Shown: piece after piece, positions 47,705 through 57,257 of the stretch | Layout of the letters: each line of letters begins with the position of its first letter | How positions within the stretch are numbered: position 1 is the first letter of the stretch | Source: Acidobacteriota bacterium | GTDB lineage: Bacteria; Acidobacteriota; Terriglobia; Acidiferrales; UBA7541 | DNA length: 64,000 nt | Assembly (NCBI GenBank): GCA_003166795.1 | Contig: PMUS01000096.1 | Coordinates: forward strand, 1,619-65,618 | Reading direction: 5' to 3' | Notes under the pieces: model-generated | Database searches by the model: none | What the model saw: only the letters and a program-made list of their open reading frames with translations | Told to the model about the DNA's origin: nothing | Program-made: the position numbers and the translations under genes

Positions 47705-48142
47705 CTAACTGGTGCGCACTTCCGAGGTGCAGGCTGGGCAGCGAATGGCCTTCAGAGGAATCGCCGAATAGCAATACGGGCATTCCTTGGTCGTCGGCGC
47801 GGCTGCCGGCGCCGGCTTGCTCCAGCGGTTCACCTGGCGGACCAGCAGAAAAATCACGAGCGCCACAATCAGGAAATCGAGAACTGTGTTGAGAAACACG
47901 CCGTAGTTGATGGTGGCCGCGCCCGCAGCTTTCGCTTGCGCCAGCGTCGGATAGGATGTGCCGGAAATATTCAGGAAGAGGCTCGAAAAATCCACTTTGC
48001 CAATGAGAAGGCCGAGCGGCGGCATGATGATGTCGCTGACGAACGACGTGATGATCCGGCCGAACGCAGCGCCGATGATGATTCCCACCGCCATATCAAG
48101 CACGCTGCCACGCATCGCAAACGCTTTGAATTCCTTGAACAT
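47705..48142 (-). CDS. mscL: large-conductance mechanosensitive channel MscL with a C-terminal CxxC...CxxC extension
   Basis: [42 protein letters not shown] is the MscL opening. The tail is [24 protein letters not shown]. Confidence 0.9.
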   Translation of the reverse strand: MFKEFKAFAMRGSVLDMAVGIIIGAAFGRIITSFVSDIIMPPLGLLIGKVDFSSLFLNISGTSYPTLAQAKAAGAATINYGVFLNTVLDFLIVALVIFLLVRQVNRWSKPAPAAAPTTKECPYCYSAIPLKAIRCPACTSEVRTS

Positions 48143-48295
48143 GATCGTCCTCCTGGAATCGAGCGGTTTAGCGGACGGATGTTGCCGGAAGAATACGATC
48201 TAGAACGTTCGCCTCAGTTGCTACGACCCCACCGCGCACGAGGTTAGCGAGAACCGGCGGCGCTGACAAGCATAAAGGAAGCTTCGCTCGCAGCC

Positions 48296-48655
48296 TTACG
48301 ACCCGCGCGCGAGAAGGACGCCGCCCAGGAGGCCCCTGATCACGAGGACGCCGCCCGCGACAGCCAATAGCAGCGCTGCATGACGCAAAGGCAGAAAACG
48401 CATCCCGAGTATCATTAAGCCCACGAGAACGAGCGAGCCAGCGCGGATTCGAACCTGCAAACGATTCGCCTGTAGCTCGGGTCGCGCCAGGGCGCGAACG
48501 CCCCAATAAATCAGCACCACGCCAAGAATCACCAGCGCCACGGGGCGCGCCGGCAGCCCGACGGGCCTTGTGAGCGCCAGCAGGATCAGCAAGGCGCCAA
48601 GCAGAAGCATGATGAATTCGCTCAGGAGTCGAAAAAGCGTCGCAGGGCTCGGCAT
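48296..48655 (-). CDS. hypothetical membrane protein (four predicted TM segments)
   Basis: Strongly hydrophobic 119-aa product from MPSPATLF. No family recognised. Confidence 0.5.
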   Translation of the reverse strand: MPSPATLFRLLSEFIMLLLGALLILLALTRPVGLPARPVALVILGVVLIYWGVRALARPELQANRLQVRIRAGSLVLVGLMILGMRFLPLRHAALLLAVAGGVLVIRGLLGGVLLARGS

Positions 48656-48804
48656 AGTTGTCTCCGGCTCGGGCGGAATTATCGCGCGCGAACGCTGCGC
48701 AAGCAAGCCGATGGCAGCCAGGGTGCGGGATTGCTATACTGAGCTTGGTTTGGGCGCTGAATCGAATTGCTGCCTGCAGGAATCCAATCGCACAGGAGAA
48801 ACAA

Positions 48805-49728
48805 TTGCATAAGGTGATCATAATCGGCAGCGGATGCGCGGGATTGACTGCGGCGATCTACGCGGCGCGCGCGGATTTGAAGCCGCTTGTGCTGGATGGC
48901 TACGAGCCGGGCGGACAACTCGCCCTGACCACGGAGGTTGAGAATTTCCCCGGATTCCCCGAGGGCATTCTCGGGCCTGAATTGATCGAGCGGACGCGAA
49001 AACAGGCGCAGCGATTCGGCGCGGAGTTCCGCGCCGGCGCCGTCGCTTCAGTTGATTTGAGCAAGCGGCCGTTCACGATCGCGGCGGGAAAAGAAACCTA
49101 CGAGAGCGAGACGCTGATCGTCGCGGCCGGAGCCTCGGCGCGAATGCTCGGCATCGAATCCGAGCGGAACTTGCTGGGCCACGGCGTGTCCACTTGTGCG
49201 ACGTGCGACGGCGCTTTCTTTCGAAACCGCGACATCATCGTGGTCGGCGGAGGCGACACGGCCATGGAAGAGGCGACCTTTTTGACGAAGTTCGCCAAGA
49301 AGGTGATGCTGGTCCACCGGCGAAGCGAATTTCGCGCGTCGAGGATCATGCTGGATCGCGCCCGCGCCAACGAGAAAATCCAGTTCATGACCCCGTTCGA
49401 AATCGCGGAAGTCCACGACGTGACAAAGAAATCCGTCGAGCTGGTCACCCTGAGAAACACCGAGACCGGCAAGACCGAGACCGTCGCCACCGAAGGCGTG
49501 TTCGTCGCCATCGGCCACGATCCGAACACGAAAGTCTTCAGGGGCCAGCTCAAGATGGACGAGAACGGCTACCTGATCACCCACGATGGCCCTAAGACCG
49601 ACGTCGAGGGAGTCTTCGCCGCGGGCGACGTTCAGGACCATCATTACCGCCAGGCGATTACGGCGGCAGGTTCCGGCTGCATGGCGGCCATCGAAGTCGA
49701 GAGATTCCTGTCCGCGGCGAAAAGCTGA
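48805..49728 (+). CDS. trxB: thioredoxin-disulfide reductase
   Basis: VIIIGSGCAGLTAAIYAAR, the CATCDG redox centre and VVGGGDTAMEEA are present. The TTG start at 48805 has AGGAGA 6 nt upstream. Confidence 0.92.
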   Translation: MHKVIIIGSGCAGLTAAIYAARADLKPLVLDGYEPGGQLALTTEVENFPGFPEGILGPELIERTRKQAQRFGAEFRAGAVASVDLSKRPFTIAAGKETYESETLIVAAGASARMLGIESERNLLGHGVSTCATCDGAFFRNRDIIVVGGGDTAMEEATFLTKFAKKVMLVHRRSEFRASRIMLDRARANEKIQFMTPFEIAEVHDVTKKSVELVTLRNTETGKTETVATEGVFVAIGHDPNTKVFRGQLKMDENGYLITHDGPKTDVEGVFAAGDVQDHHYRQAITAAGSGCMAAIEVERFLSAAKS

Positions 49729-49808
49729 TTACAGTTCGAAGTGTTATTCCGCTGGAAGATTACGGCGCACTTCATGCATTTCAGGCCCGCGCTATAGAAG
49801 AAGCTTTT

Positions 49809-50408
49809 TCAATTGCCCACGGATGACGTCGCGCCCTGACGGTTCTGGGAATTCCCAGCCAGCAAGATCAAGCGGATTGCCTGCACGAACGCATCCTTCG
49901 ATTTCTGCCCGACGAAGTACCGGGCCAGGTGGCCATCCCGCGCGTAGAAGTCCGTTTGCGGCATGGTGCCTCGCCAGTCGGGATTCACGCCCTGATAAAA
50001 TGCATCCGCGTCCACTCCAGGCTTCTGGCGAAAATTGGGAAATCCCGGGTGGCTTTTGTCGAGGAACTGGCGAACCAGCCCCAGATCGGCGTCCTCATCC
50101 AAGGTCACGCCCACGACGGCCAGACCCTGCGGGCCATACTCCTTGGCGAGCTCAATGATCATGGGATATTCCTCGCGGCAAGGCTGGCACCAGGTGGCCC
50201 AGAACGTGACCAGCAGTCCTTTACCCTGATACTTAGCGACCATATCTTTGTAGCCGGCAAGGTCAACAAGCTGCGGATCTCCCGCGAGCGTGTCGGTGTG
50301 AGAAGCTGAATTGGCCGCGGCGACCGGCGGCCGTGCAAAGCTGAAAGCCGCTAGAGCGACGAGCCCAAGCGTCGCAACCGGGAACAGGCATCGCCATAAT
50401 ATGCGCAT
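49809..50408 (-). CDS. TlpA-family thiol:disulfide oxidoreductase (thioredoxin fold), exported
   Basis: FWATWCQPCREE is the active-site motif. The signal/anchor is MRILWRCLFPVATLGLVALAAFSFA. Confidence 0.85.
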   Translation of the reverse strand: MRILWRCLFPVATLGLVALAAFSFARPPVAAANSASHTDTLAGDPQLVDLAGYKDMVAKYQGKGLLVTFWATWCQPCREEYPMIIELAKEYGPQGLAVVGVTLDEDADLGLVRQFLDKSHPGFPNFRQKPGVDADAFYQGVNPDWRGTMPQTDFYARDGHLARYFVGQKSKDAFVQAIRLILLAGNSQNRQGATSSVGN

Positions 50409-50667
50409 GATCTCCCCCCAACGATATTTCACATTCTATCGGTTCCCGAGCGGCGGCGGCAACTGAGGCGGCGCAAACAAGTAACGGGCTGCTAGCGCGG
50501 GCATCCGGCCCTTGTGCATGGCTTGCGCGGCCGGGGCCGATCCGTCGGGGTGGGAAGCCTGATCGCGCTCGCGAATTTGGATATACAAAAATTAGTTTCA
50601 AGGTTGTATCCTTGTGCGCAGGCGCGAGCATCTCATCAAGGCAGCGCACACTTTAGGAGAAAGCTAG

Positions 50668-50931
50668 ATGGCTTACGTAATCGCCGAGCCGTGCATCGGA
50701 ACCAAAGACTCCGCTTGCGTGGATGTCTGCCCGGTGGACTGCATTCATCCGCGCAAGGACGAGGCGGAATTTGAAGCTGCGCCCCAGCTATACATCAACC
50801 CGGACGAATGCATTGACTGCGGAGCGTGCGTTCCGGTCTGCCCGGTGACGGCGATTTTCGCGCTGGAAGATCTTCCGGAAAAGTGGTCCAGCTACACGAA
50901 AATCAACGCCGATTATTTCAAGAAGGCGTAA
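50668..50931 (+). CDS. ferredoxin (FdxA-like 7Fe type)
   Basis: [27 protein letters not shown] and [13 protein letters not shown] are present. Confidence 0.9.
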   Translation: MAYVIAEPCIGTKDSACVDVCPVDCIHPRKDEAEFEAAPQLYINPDECIDCGACVPVCPVTAIFALEDLPEKWSSYTKINADYFKKA

Positions 50932-51008
50932 CGAGTCTTGCGTGTGCGCGCTAAGCGGCGCGAGGCAAGTTCCAGAAACCGGCAACAAGAACAACGCAAT
51001 CCTAACTG

Positions 51009-51047
51009 AACGCGGCGGATTCTCTCATCCGCCGCGTTTCTTTTTCC
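51009..51047 (+). terminator. intrinsic terminator downstream of the ferredoxin gene
   Basis: A 12-bp stem AACGCGGCGGAT/ATCCGCCGCGTT with loop TCTCTC is followed by TCTTTTTCC. It overlaps the last codons of the convergent DUF309 gene. Confidence 0.65.
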
Positions 51048-51417
51048 GGCCTGCTTGCGTGACCAGGCGGATGCGGAGCGGTCTTTGCGCCTCGAGATCG
51101 TTGCCACCGCTTAACGTTGCCGCCCACTGTTCTGCATCCGCTCGAAGCTTCGCGACCGCAATTCCACGATGATCGTCCGGGAAACGCCCCAATTTGGCGA
51201 GCCCGGCGGCGAGGAGCGATTGCGCGCCGCGCCGGTTACCGCGGCCGTGATGATGGCAGGCGGCAGCCAGCTGAATCAGCCCCTGCAGGAAAGTCTTCTC
51301 CGGCTCGGGTTCGACGAGCCACAACTCCTCCCATACCTCGTGCGACTCGAAAAACTTGCGCGCGTTGAATAGCGCGATGCCTTTCCGGAATTGTTCGGTT
51401 TCTTTCATCGCGCGCAC
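51025..51417 (-). CDS. DUF309 domain protein
   Basis: FNARKFFESHEVWEELW...FLQGLIQLAAACHH is the DUF309 signature. Confidence 0.8.
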   Translation of the reverse strand: MRAMKETEQFRKGIALFNARKFFESHEVWEELWLVEPEPEKTFLQGLIQLAAACHHHGRGNRRGAQSLLAAGLAKLGRFPDDHRGIAVAKLRADAEQWAATLSGGNDLEAQRPLRIRLVTQAGRKKKRGG

Positions 51418-51517
51418 ATCCGATTCTCGATAGAATTCCCAGTGTATTGTTGCGGCCGGGCAACGACAGCCAGCGTGAGAATCGCGATCATATCAGCCCT
51501 GGAACCAGCGAGCGACG

Positions 51518-52168
51518 ATGGAAATTCGTGTCGGACTGCCGGATGTGAAGCTCGGAGTGGTGGAAGCTGATGGTGTGCTCGTCGCGCCAGCTGACGAGAG
51601 CCTCGCGCGGCTGATGGACGAAGTCTGCGATCGAAAGCGCCGGGAACTCACCGTCGAGAGCCTCGCAGAGGCCGAGCCGACCCGCGCCGTCCGCGCGATG
51701 TTTCGTGCCTGGGACATCGACCCCTCGAAGTATCGCCCTTCCTCCGAGGCGCTGGTCAGGCGCGTCGTCCAGGGGAAAGGGCTGTATCGCGTGTCAAACG
51801 TCGTTGACATCGGTAATGTCGGCTCGATCGAAACCGGATGGCCGTTTGGATGTTACGACCGCGGCCGGATTCACTCGCCAGTGGCATTTCGCCACGGAAT
51901 CGCCGGCGAGAGTTACGAAGGCATCGGAAAGCGCACATGGCACCTGGAAGGAAGGCCCGTTCTCGCCGACGCGGACGGTCCCTTCGGCAGCCCCATCAGC
52001 GATTCGACGCGTACCATGATTACCGAGGCCGCACGCGACGTGCTTATCGTAATTTACGCACCTGCCGGTGCGCCGCATGCGTCCATAGAAGTGGCGATGG
52101 CGCGGCTTGGCGAACGCCTCGCGCAATTTGCTGGGGCAAGCGCGATACGCGCTGCCACGAACGCATAA
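51518..52168 (+). CDS. B3/B4 tRNA-binding domain protein (PheT-related)
   Basis: 216 aa. RPSSEALVRRVVQGKGLYRVSNVVDIGNVGSIETGWPFGCYD follows the B3_4 pattern. Confidence 0.7.
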   Translation: MEIRVGLPDVKLGVVEADGVLVAPADESLARLMDEVCDRKRRELTVESLAEAEPTRAVRAMFRAWDIDPSKYRPSSEALVRRVVQGKGLYRVSNVVDIGNVGSIETGWPFGCYDRGRIHSPVAFRHGIAGESYEGIGKRTWHLEGRPVLADADGPFGSPISDSTRTMITEAARDVLIVIYAPAGAPHASIEVAMARLGERLAQFAGASAIRAATNA

Positions 52169-52228
52169 CCAAGTTCGGCCAGCCGGCGCAAAGTCTGTGC
52201 CCGAGGTTCGCGGGAATCGGGTTATCCT

Positions 52229-54361
52229 GTGAAGCGTTCGCGAGGTCCGCAGGTGCGGAAATTCGAGCTGGTTCTCCTGATTCACGCGCACCAACCGGTC
52301 GGAAATTTCGACGACGTACTTGAACGCGCCTACAAAGATTCCTACCTGCCTTTCATCGAAGTGCTCTCGCACCATCCCTCAATTCGCATGGGGCTCCATT
52401 ATTCGGGTCCGCTGCTTGAATGGATCGAGCGCGCGCACCCGGAATATTTCGATCGTCTTCGAGCGCTGGTCGCCAGCGGCCAGGTGGAAGTGGTGGGCGG
52501 CGGATTTTACGAGCCGATTCTGGTAACGATTCCGCCCGAAGACCGTCTCGAGCAGATCGCGCGGCTGGCCGCGTACGCCGAAAAGCATTTCAAGTCCCGG
52601 CCACGCGGAGCGTGGCTTGCCGAGCGCGTATGGGAACCGCAACTTCCCTCTTGCCTTGCGCCCGCGGGTGTCGAGTACACCCTTGTTGACGACAACCATT
52701 TTCTCGGCGCGGGATTTGAGCTCGAGCAGCTTTTCGGCTACTACATCTCCGAGGATTTGGGCCACACCGTGAAAATCCTTCCCGGGCTGAAGGCGCTGCG
52801 ATACCTGATTCCCTTCGCGGACGTTGGCCAGACCACGGAATTTCTGCGCGGCGCCGCAAGCAGGCATCCTGGCGGTTTTGCGGCCATGGGCGACGACCTC
52901 GAAAAATTCGGGGTGTGGCCGGAGACGAACAAGCTTTGCTACCGCGAAGGATGGCTCGACCGTTTTTTCACGGCGCTGGAAAAAAGCGGCGACTGGCTTG
53001 CCACGTCCACGCCCTCGGACGCGGTGGCTTCGCACGCGCCGATTGGCCGCGCGGATTTGCCTGCCGCTTCCTACACGGAAATGATGGAGTGGTCACTGCC
53101 CACGCCCGCGCGCGAGCGCTTTCACAGTCTCCTCGATCAGTTTTCGTCCCGCGCGGACCTGATGCCCTTCCTGCGCGGAGGAATCTGGCGAAGTTTCTTC
53201 ACCAAGTACTCGGAAGCGAACCTTCTGCACAAAAAGATGCTCCACGTCTCGCGGAAAATACGCCGGCTTTCGCGGAGCCGCCGCTTCGATCGCGCTTTTA
53301 AAATGGCGCGTCAGGAAGCCACGAAGCTCCTGCTGCGCGGCCAATGCAACGACCCTTACTGGCACGGTGTTTTTGGCGGATTGTACTCGCCTCACCTGCG
53401 CACGGCCGTCTGGCGCTCGCTCGAGCAAGCCGAAACGATTGCCGACGCCCTCGCGCACCACAAGAAGCCCTTCGCTCACGCCGCGACGCTCGACTACAAC
53501 GCCGATGGCCGCGACGAAATCTATCTCACGTCCGACCGCTACGCCGCACTCGTCGCGCCGGACGATGGAGCCACGATCGCCGCGCTCGATTTCCGGCCGC
53601 CGAATGTGACGCTGATCAATTCATTGACGCGCCGGCTTGAGACCTATCATGCCAAGCTTCGAACCCTTTCCTCGCAGCGAGCCCATGGCGCGCAATCCAT
53701 ACACGAGCAGACGCGCGTTAAGGAAGAGGGCCTCGAGCGCTGGTTGAACTACGACCGCTGGCCGCGAAGCTCCTTCCGGCTGCTTCTCTTCGGCCAGGGA
53801 AAATCTCACGAGGACTACGCAGCTGTCCGATTGGACGAGGATGCGGCGCTGGCGGGCGGACGATATCGCGTAACCGGTTTATCCTCGACAAACGTCGCTC
53901 TCGCTTCCGAGGGCAGCGCGGATTGGCTGGCGGAAAAAAACATTTCGTTCCTTCCAACTTCGGCGGGATTCGACATCATCTGCGACGTCGTGTTGCGCCG
54001 CCGGGCCTCTGGCGCTGCCTCGGTGAACGTCGGCATTGAGGTGGTCGTTAATTTTCTGGCGCCTTCTGAAACGAACCGCTATTTCGAGGTGGATGGCCGG
54101 CGATACGAGTTGCGGTGGTCCGCGGCCACGCCGGCAAACGAGTTACGCGCGGTGGATGAGTGGCAGCGGGCGGCCGTAACGCTGGAAGCGCCCGCGGCGC
54201 AGAATTTCTGGGTTGCCCCGATCGAAACAGTGTCGGAATCGGAAGACGGCTTCGAGCGGATTTACCAGGGCTCGCAGATCGCCGCCGTGTGGCCGGTGGA
54301 ATTCGAAACCGGCGCGGAATGGAAAGCGCAGTTAATCCTTAGGGCGGCGTCGCTGAGCTGA
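52229..54361 (+). CDS. glycoside hydrolase family 57 alpha-amylase/4-alpha-glucanotransferase-like protein
   Basis: 710 aa. LVLLIHAHQPVGNF, GQVEVVGGGFYEPILVTIP and WLAERVWEP are present, followed by DUF1925/1926-like C-terminal regions. Confidence 0.8.
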   Translation: MKRSRGPQVRKFELVLLIHAHQPVGNFDDVLERAYKDSYLPFIEVLSHHPSIRMGLHYSGPLLEWIERAHPEYFDRLRALVASGQVEVVGGGFYEPILVTIPPEDRLEQIARLAAYAEKHFKSRPRGAWLAERVWEPQLPSCLAPAGVEYTLVDDNHFLGAGFELEQLFGYYISEDLGHTVKILPGLKALRYLIPFADVGQTTEFLRGAASRHPGGFAAMGDDLEKFGVWPETNKLCYREGWLDRFFTALEKSGDWLATSTPSDAVASHAPIGRADLPAASYTEMMEWSLPTPARERFHSLLDQFSSRADLMPFLRGGIWRSFFTKYSEANLLHKKMLHVSRKIRRLSRSRRFDRAFKMARQEATKLLLRGQCNDPYWHGVFGGLYSPHLRTAVWRSLEQAETIADALAHHKKPFAHAATLDYNADGRDEIYLTSDRYAALVAPDDGATIAALDFRPPNVTLINSLTRRLETYHAKLRTLSSQRAHGAQSIHEQTRVKEEGLERWLNYDRWPRSSFRLLLFGQGKSHEDYAAVRLDEDAALAGGRYRVTGLSSTNVALASEGSADWLAEKNISFLPTSAGFDIICDVVLRRRASGAASVNVGIEVVVNFLAPSETNRYFEVDGRRYELRWSAATPANELRAVDEWQRAAVTLEAPAAQNFWVAPIETVSESEDGFERIYQGSQIAAVWPVEFETGAEWKAQLILRAASLS

Positions 54362-54441
54362 GAAAAATGGGCCGGCTCCACGCGGTTGCCTCGCGGCGCG
54401 CTGGCCTGCTAAAGTCGTAGAATCGATCCCGGAGGAAACGC

Positions 54442-54615
54442 ATGGCGGTGTCAAAGGAACTGCTCGACATTCTGGTTTGCCCGGAGTGCAAAACGCCCGT
54501 CACACCAACGGCTGACCAACAGGGACTGAAGTGCGCGACTTGCAAACGCGTCTATCCCGTACGGGGCGACATTCCTGTCATGATCGTGAGCGACGCCCGG
54601 ATTGACCCCGAGTAA
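54442..54615 (+). CDS. Trm112/YcaR family small zinc-ribbon protein (57 aa)
   Basis: My own translation: MAVSKELLDILVCPECKTPVTPTADQQGLKCATCKRVYPVRGDIPVMIVSDARIDPE. GGAGGAAA lies upstream. The product is below the ORF-track size cutoff. Confidence 0.8.
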   Translation: MAVSKELLDILVCPECKTPVTPTADQQGLKCATCKRVYPVRGDIPVMIVSDARIDPE

Positions 54616-54626
54616 CTCAGGCTTCC

Positions 54627-55094
54627 TTACGGCCGGTCGAACTGCGGTGGCGGAAACTGCACCGAACGATCCTTGAACTGAACCCACAACCGAACTTCCT
54701 TCGATTTACTCTGCCGCAGCGCGTCATCTTTTTCCGGGTACGGCTGGTAGGGGCTCACGTCCACGATGACCACCACGCCGGACGACCCGTTGGGCGGACG
54801 ATAGGTATCCGTGACGTTGAAACTTTTCACCGGACCGTAGTATCCGTCCGGTCCCCAATCGCCTTCAAAATCCTTCAGCGAGTACGAAGGTGAAGGGCTC
54901 CACATGTTGTACGCCTGCTGCATATTTCCGGCCGCGACGGCGTTCAGAAAGTGATACACCGCCGTTTTCTCGGCGTGGTAGCGCAAGAGCCACCAAAGGC
55001 CGCCGCCACCGAGCAGCACGAAAACCAGAATCGTGATCAGATAGCGCCGCAGCTTTGATGCCGGATGTTCTTCAGTTGTGTCCAAGAGACCCAC
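54627..55094 (-). CDS. hypothetical membrane-anchored protein
   Basis: 155 aa with a single N-terminal TM (YLITILVFVLLGGGGLWWLL) and a globular C-terminal domain. Confidence 0.55.
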   Translation of the reverse strand: MGLLDTTEEHPASKLRRYLITILVFVLLGGGGLWWLLRYHAEKTAVYHFLNAVAAGNMQQAYNMWSPSPSYSLKDFEGDWGPDGYYGPVKSFNVTDTYRPPNGSSGVVVIVDVSPYQPYPEKDDALRQSKSKEVRLWVQFKDRSVQFPPPQFDRP

Positions 55095-55109
55095 GTGGAC
55101 TCCTTGAGA

Positions 55110-56231
55110 TTACAGTTGGCGCTTGAATAGCGCCATGATGCCCGTAATCATCAGCGCTGAGAACCCGCTCAAAATTAGCACGTCCACGTAAATACCTTCA
55201 ATGCCCGTGTTTTTGAGCGTCAGATTCCGCAGCGCGTGCACCGTGTACGTGAATGGATCAACCACGGAGATCCAGCGCAGCCATGGCGGAAACGCTTCCG
55301 TGGGGTAGACAGCGCCGGACGGGAAAAACAGCAGCATGTTGAGCACGCCGAAAATCGCGCGGGGCACGAGCGGGTCGTCAATGCGCACCATCACCAGAAA
55401 CATCAAGCTAATCATCGCTAACGACGCCGCCAGGAGGACAGTCGAGAGATACAAGAGTCGCAACGGGTGCCAGAGTCCCGAGATGCCCGCGATTAACCCG
55501 CCGATAATCGTTAACGACATTCCCGCCATGAACGCCTTCAGAGTTCCCGAGGCGATGAGTCCCGCGACCAACTCCGACTTTCGAATGGGCGTCAGAAGAT
55601 AGCCCTCGTGCAGGCCGCGCGTTTTGTCGTCAATGTATGTGATGCCGCCGCCGATCATGGCGGTGATGAAAATACCCATGGCGATCGAACCGGCGAGCAG
55701 GTACTTAATGTACTCGATGTAGGGGTAGACCTCGACGACATTGAGTTCGACCTGCCCATCAAGGCGCGACGACGCCACATCCGGCGTATTGAGTTCCGTC
55801 GTCATGTCCTGGACGCCGGCGAGAAGCGAACTCGAGATGAACTGATCGGTGTTGTCCTCCGTGAATACGAGGCGCGGCCGGTCATGCTGGTAATAACGGC
55901 GCGAGAAATCGTGCGGGACGTCCACGACGGCCTTCACGAAGCCCGCGTGCAGATCATCCACCGCGCGAGGAAAGGAGTCGTACGGGACCACGCGGAACGT
56001 CTGCGGGCCCGCTTTGATTCCGTCGAACATCTCCTCGATCCGGCGAGACTGGACGGAATGGTCTTCGTCCACGAACGCGATGTCCGCGTTCTTGATCTTC
56101 CCCCCGAAGGCATAACCCAGCACCACCAACTGCACGAGCGGAAAAAGGAGTGAACTCAGCATGAGCGCGGGGCTGCGGAAGAACTTCCGCATGTCCCGCT
56201 CGACCAGAGCCGAGACGCGATAGAGCTTCAT
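55110..56231 (-). CDS. ABC-2 type transporter permease
   Basis: 373 aa: an N-terminal TM, a large loop and five C-terminal TMs, matching YbhS/YbhR-like topology. It sits in an operon with the ATPase. Confidence 0.85.
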   Translation of the reverse strand: MKLYRVSALVERDMRKFFRSPALMLSSLLFPLVQLVVLGYAFGGKIKNADIAFVDEDHSVQSRRIEEMFDGIKAGPQTFRVVPYDSFPRAVDDLHAGFVKAVVDVPHDFSRRYYQHDRPRLVFTEDNTDQFISSSLLAGVQDMTTELNTPDVASSRLDGQVELNVVEVYPYIEYIKYLLAGSIAMGIFITAMIGGGITYIDDKTRGLHEGYLLTPIRKSELVAGLIASGTLKAFMAGMSLTIIGGLIAGISGLWHPLRLLYLSTVLLAASLAMISLMFLVMVRIDDPLVPRAIFGVLNMLLFFPSGAVYPTEAFPPWLRWISVVDPFTYTVHALRNLTLKNTGIEGIYVDVLILSGFSALMITGIMALFKRQL

Positions 56232-56252
56232 GGCTGCTGATCCTCCCTGCGC

Positions 56253-57257
56253 TCAGCGGGAAAACGGGCTGGGTTCATGCGTCGCCTTCTGCGGCGCGTC
56301 ACGCAACGCGCTGCCCGTGTAATGCAGAAACACGTCGTCGAGCGTGGTGCTTTGCACGATCACCCTCTTCACGGTCACCTTGCGTGCGCGAGAGAGATCC
56401 ATCAGCGCCGCCACGGTAGCTGGGCCGTCGCTGGAAGTAATGTGGACCACATCCTCGCGCGGCGAGACGCCGGTGGCATGCGACAGGCCGCGAAGCTGCT
56501 CGATCCAGTCCGGCGGCTCGCCCACAAATTCCGCTTCCACGATTTCCGTTCCGGGCACGTTGTCCTTCAGGCGCGAAGGTGTATCGAGCGCCGCAAGTTT
56601 TCCGTGGTCCACGATCGCGATGCGGTCGCAGAGCTTGTCGGCCTCATCCATATAGTGAGTCGTGAGCAGAATGGTCAGCTCCGACCGGTCGCGCAGGGAT
56701 CGAATCATCTCCCACACGTTGGTGCGCGAGACGGGATCGAGGCCCGTGGTCGGCTCGTCGAGAAACATGATTTTCGGCGAATGGACCAGCCCGCGCGCGA
56801 TTTCCAGGCGCCGGCGCATGCCGCCTGAAAACGTGCGCACCAGTGCATCGCGAAATTTCAGCAGCTCGACGGATTCGAGCAAACCGTCAATCAGCGCGTC
56901 CCGCTTGTCGGCGGGCACGCCGTAGAGCTTGGCGTGAATGGTCATGTTCTCTTTCGCGGTCAGCTCCGGATCGGAAGTGAACGCCTGGGGAATCACGCCG
57001 AGCGTGTTGCGCACGCCGTCTGGGTCCGTGCGGACGTCGTGGCCGCCGATCCGCGCCGTGCCGGAGGTGACCGACAGCAGCGTCGTCATCATGCGGATCA
57101 GGGTGGTCTTCCCCGCACCGTTGGGGCCCAGCAGGCCGAATATTTCCTGCTGCGCCACGTTGAAGCTCACGTCGTTCACAGCGACGAAATCGCCGAACTT
57201 TTTAGTCATGTGATCGACTTCGATGGCGTTCATACGGACGAATTCCTCTTGAGTCAC
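56253..57257 (-). CDS. ABC transporter ATP-binding protein (DrrA/YbhF-like)
   Basis: GPNGAGKTT, FSGGMRRRLEIARGL and MFLDEPTTGLD are present. Confidence 0.92.
   Translation of the reverse strand: MTQEEFVRMNAIEVDHMTKKFGDFVAVNDVSFNVAQQEIFGLLGPNGAGKTTLIRMMTTLLSVTSGTARIGGHDVRTDPDGVRNTLGVIPQAFTSDPELTAKENMTIHAKLYGVPADKRDALIDGLLESVELLKFRDALVRTFSGGMRRRLEIARGLVHSPKIMFLDEPTTGLDPVSRTNVWEMIRSLRDRSELTILLTTHYMDEADKLCDRIAIVDHGKLAALDTPSRLKDNVPGTEIVEAEFVGEPPDWIEQLRGLSHATGVSPREDVVHITSSDGPATVAALMDLSRARKVTVKRVIVQSTTLDDVFLHYTGSALRDAPQKATHEPSPFSR

Noticed and set aside
48436-48472. tRNA-like GGTTCGAATCC T-loop motif on the minus strand
   Set aside because: The flanking 5-nt segments (GCAGG / CCGCG) cannot form a T-stem, and there is no acceptor or anticodon arm. 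It lies inside a membrane-protein CDS.
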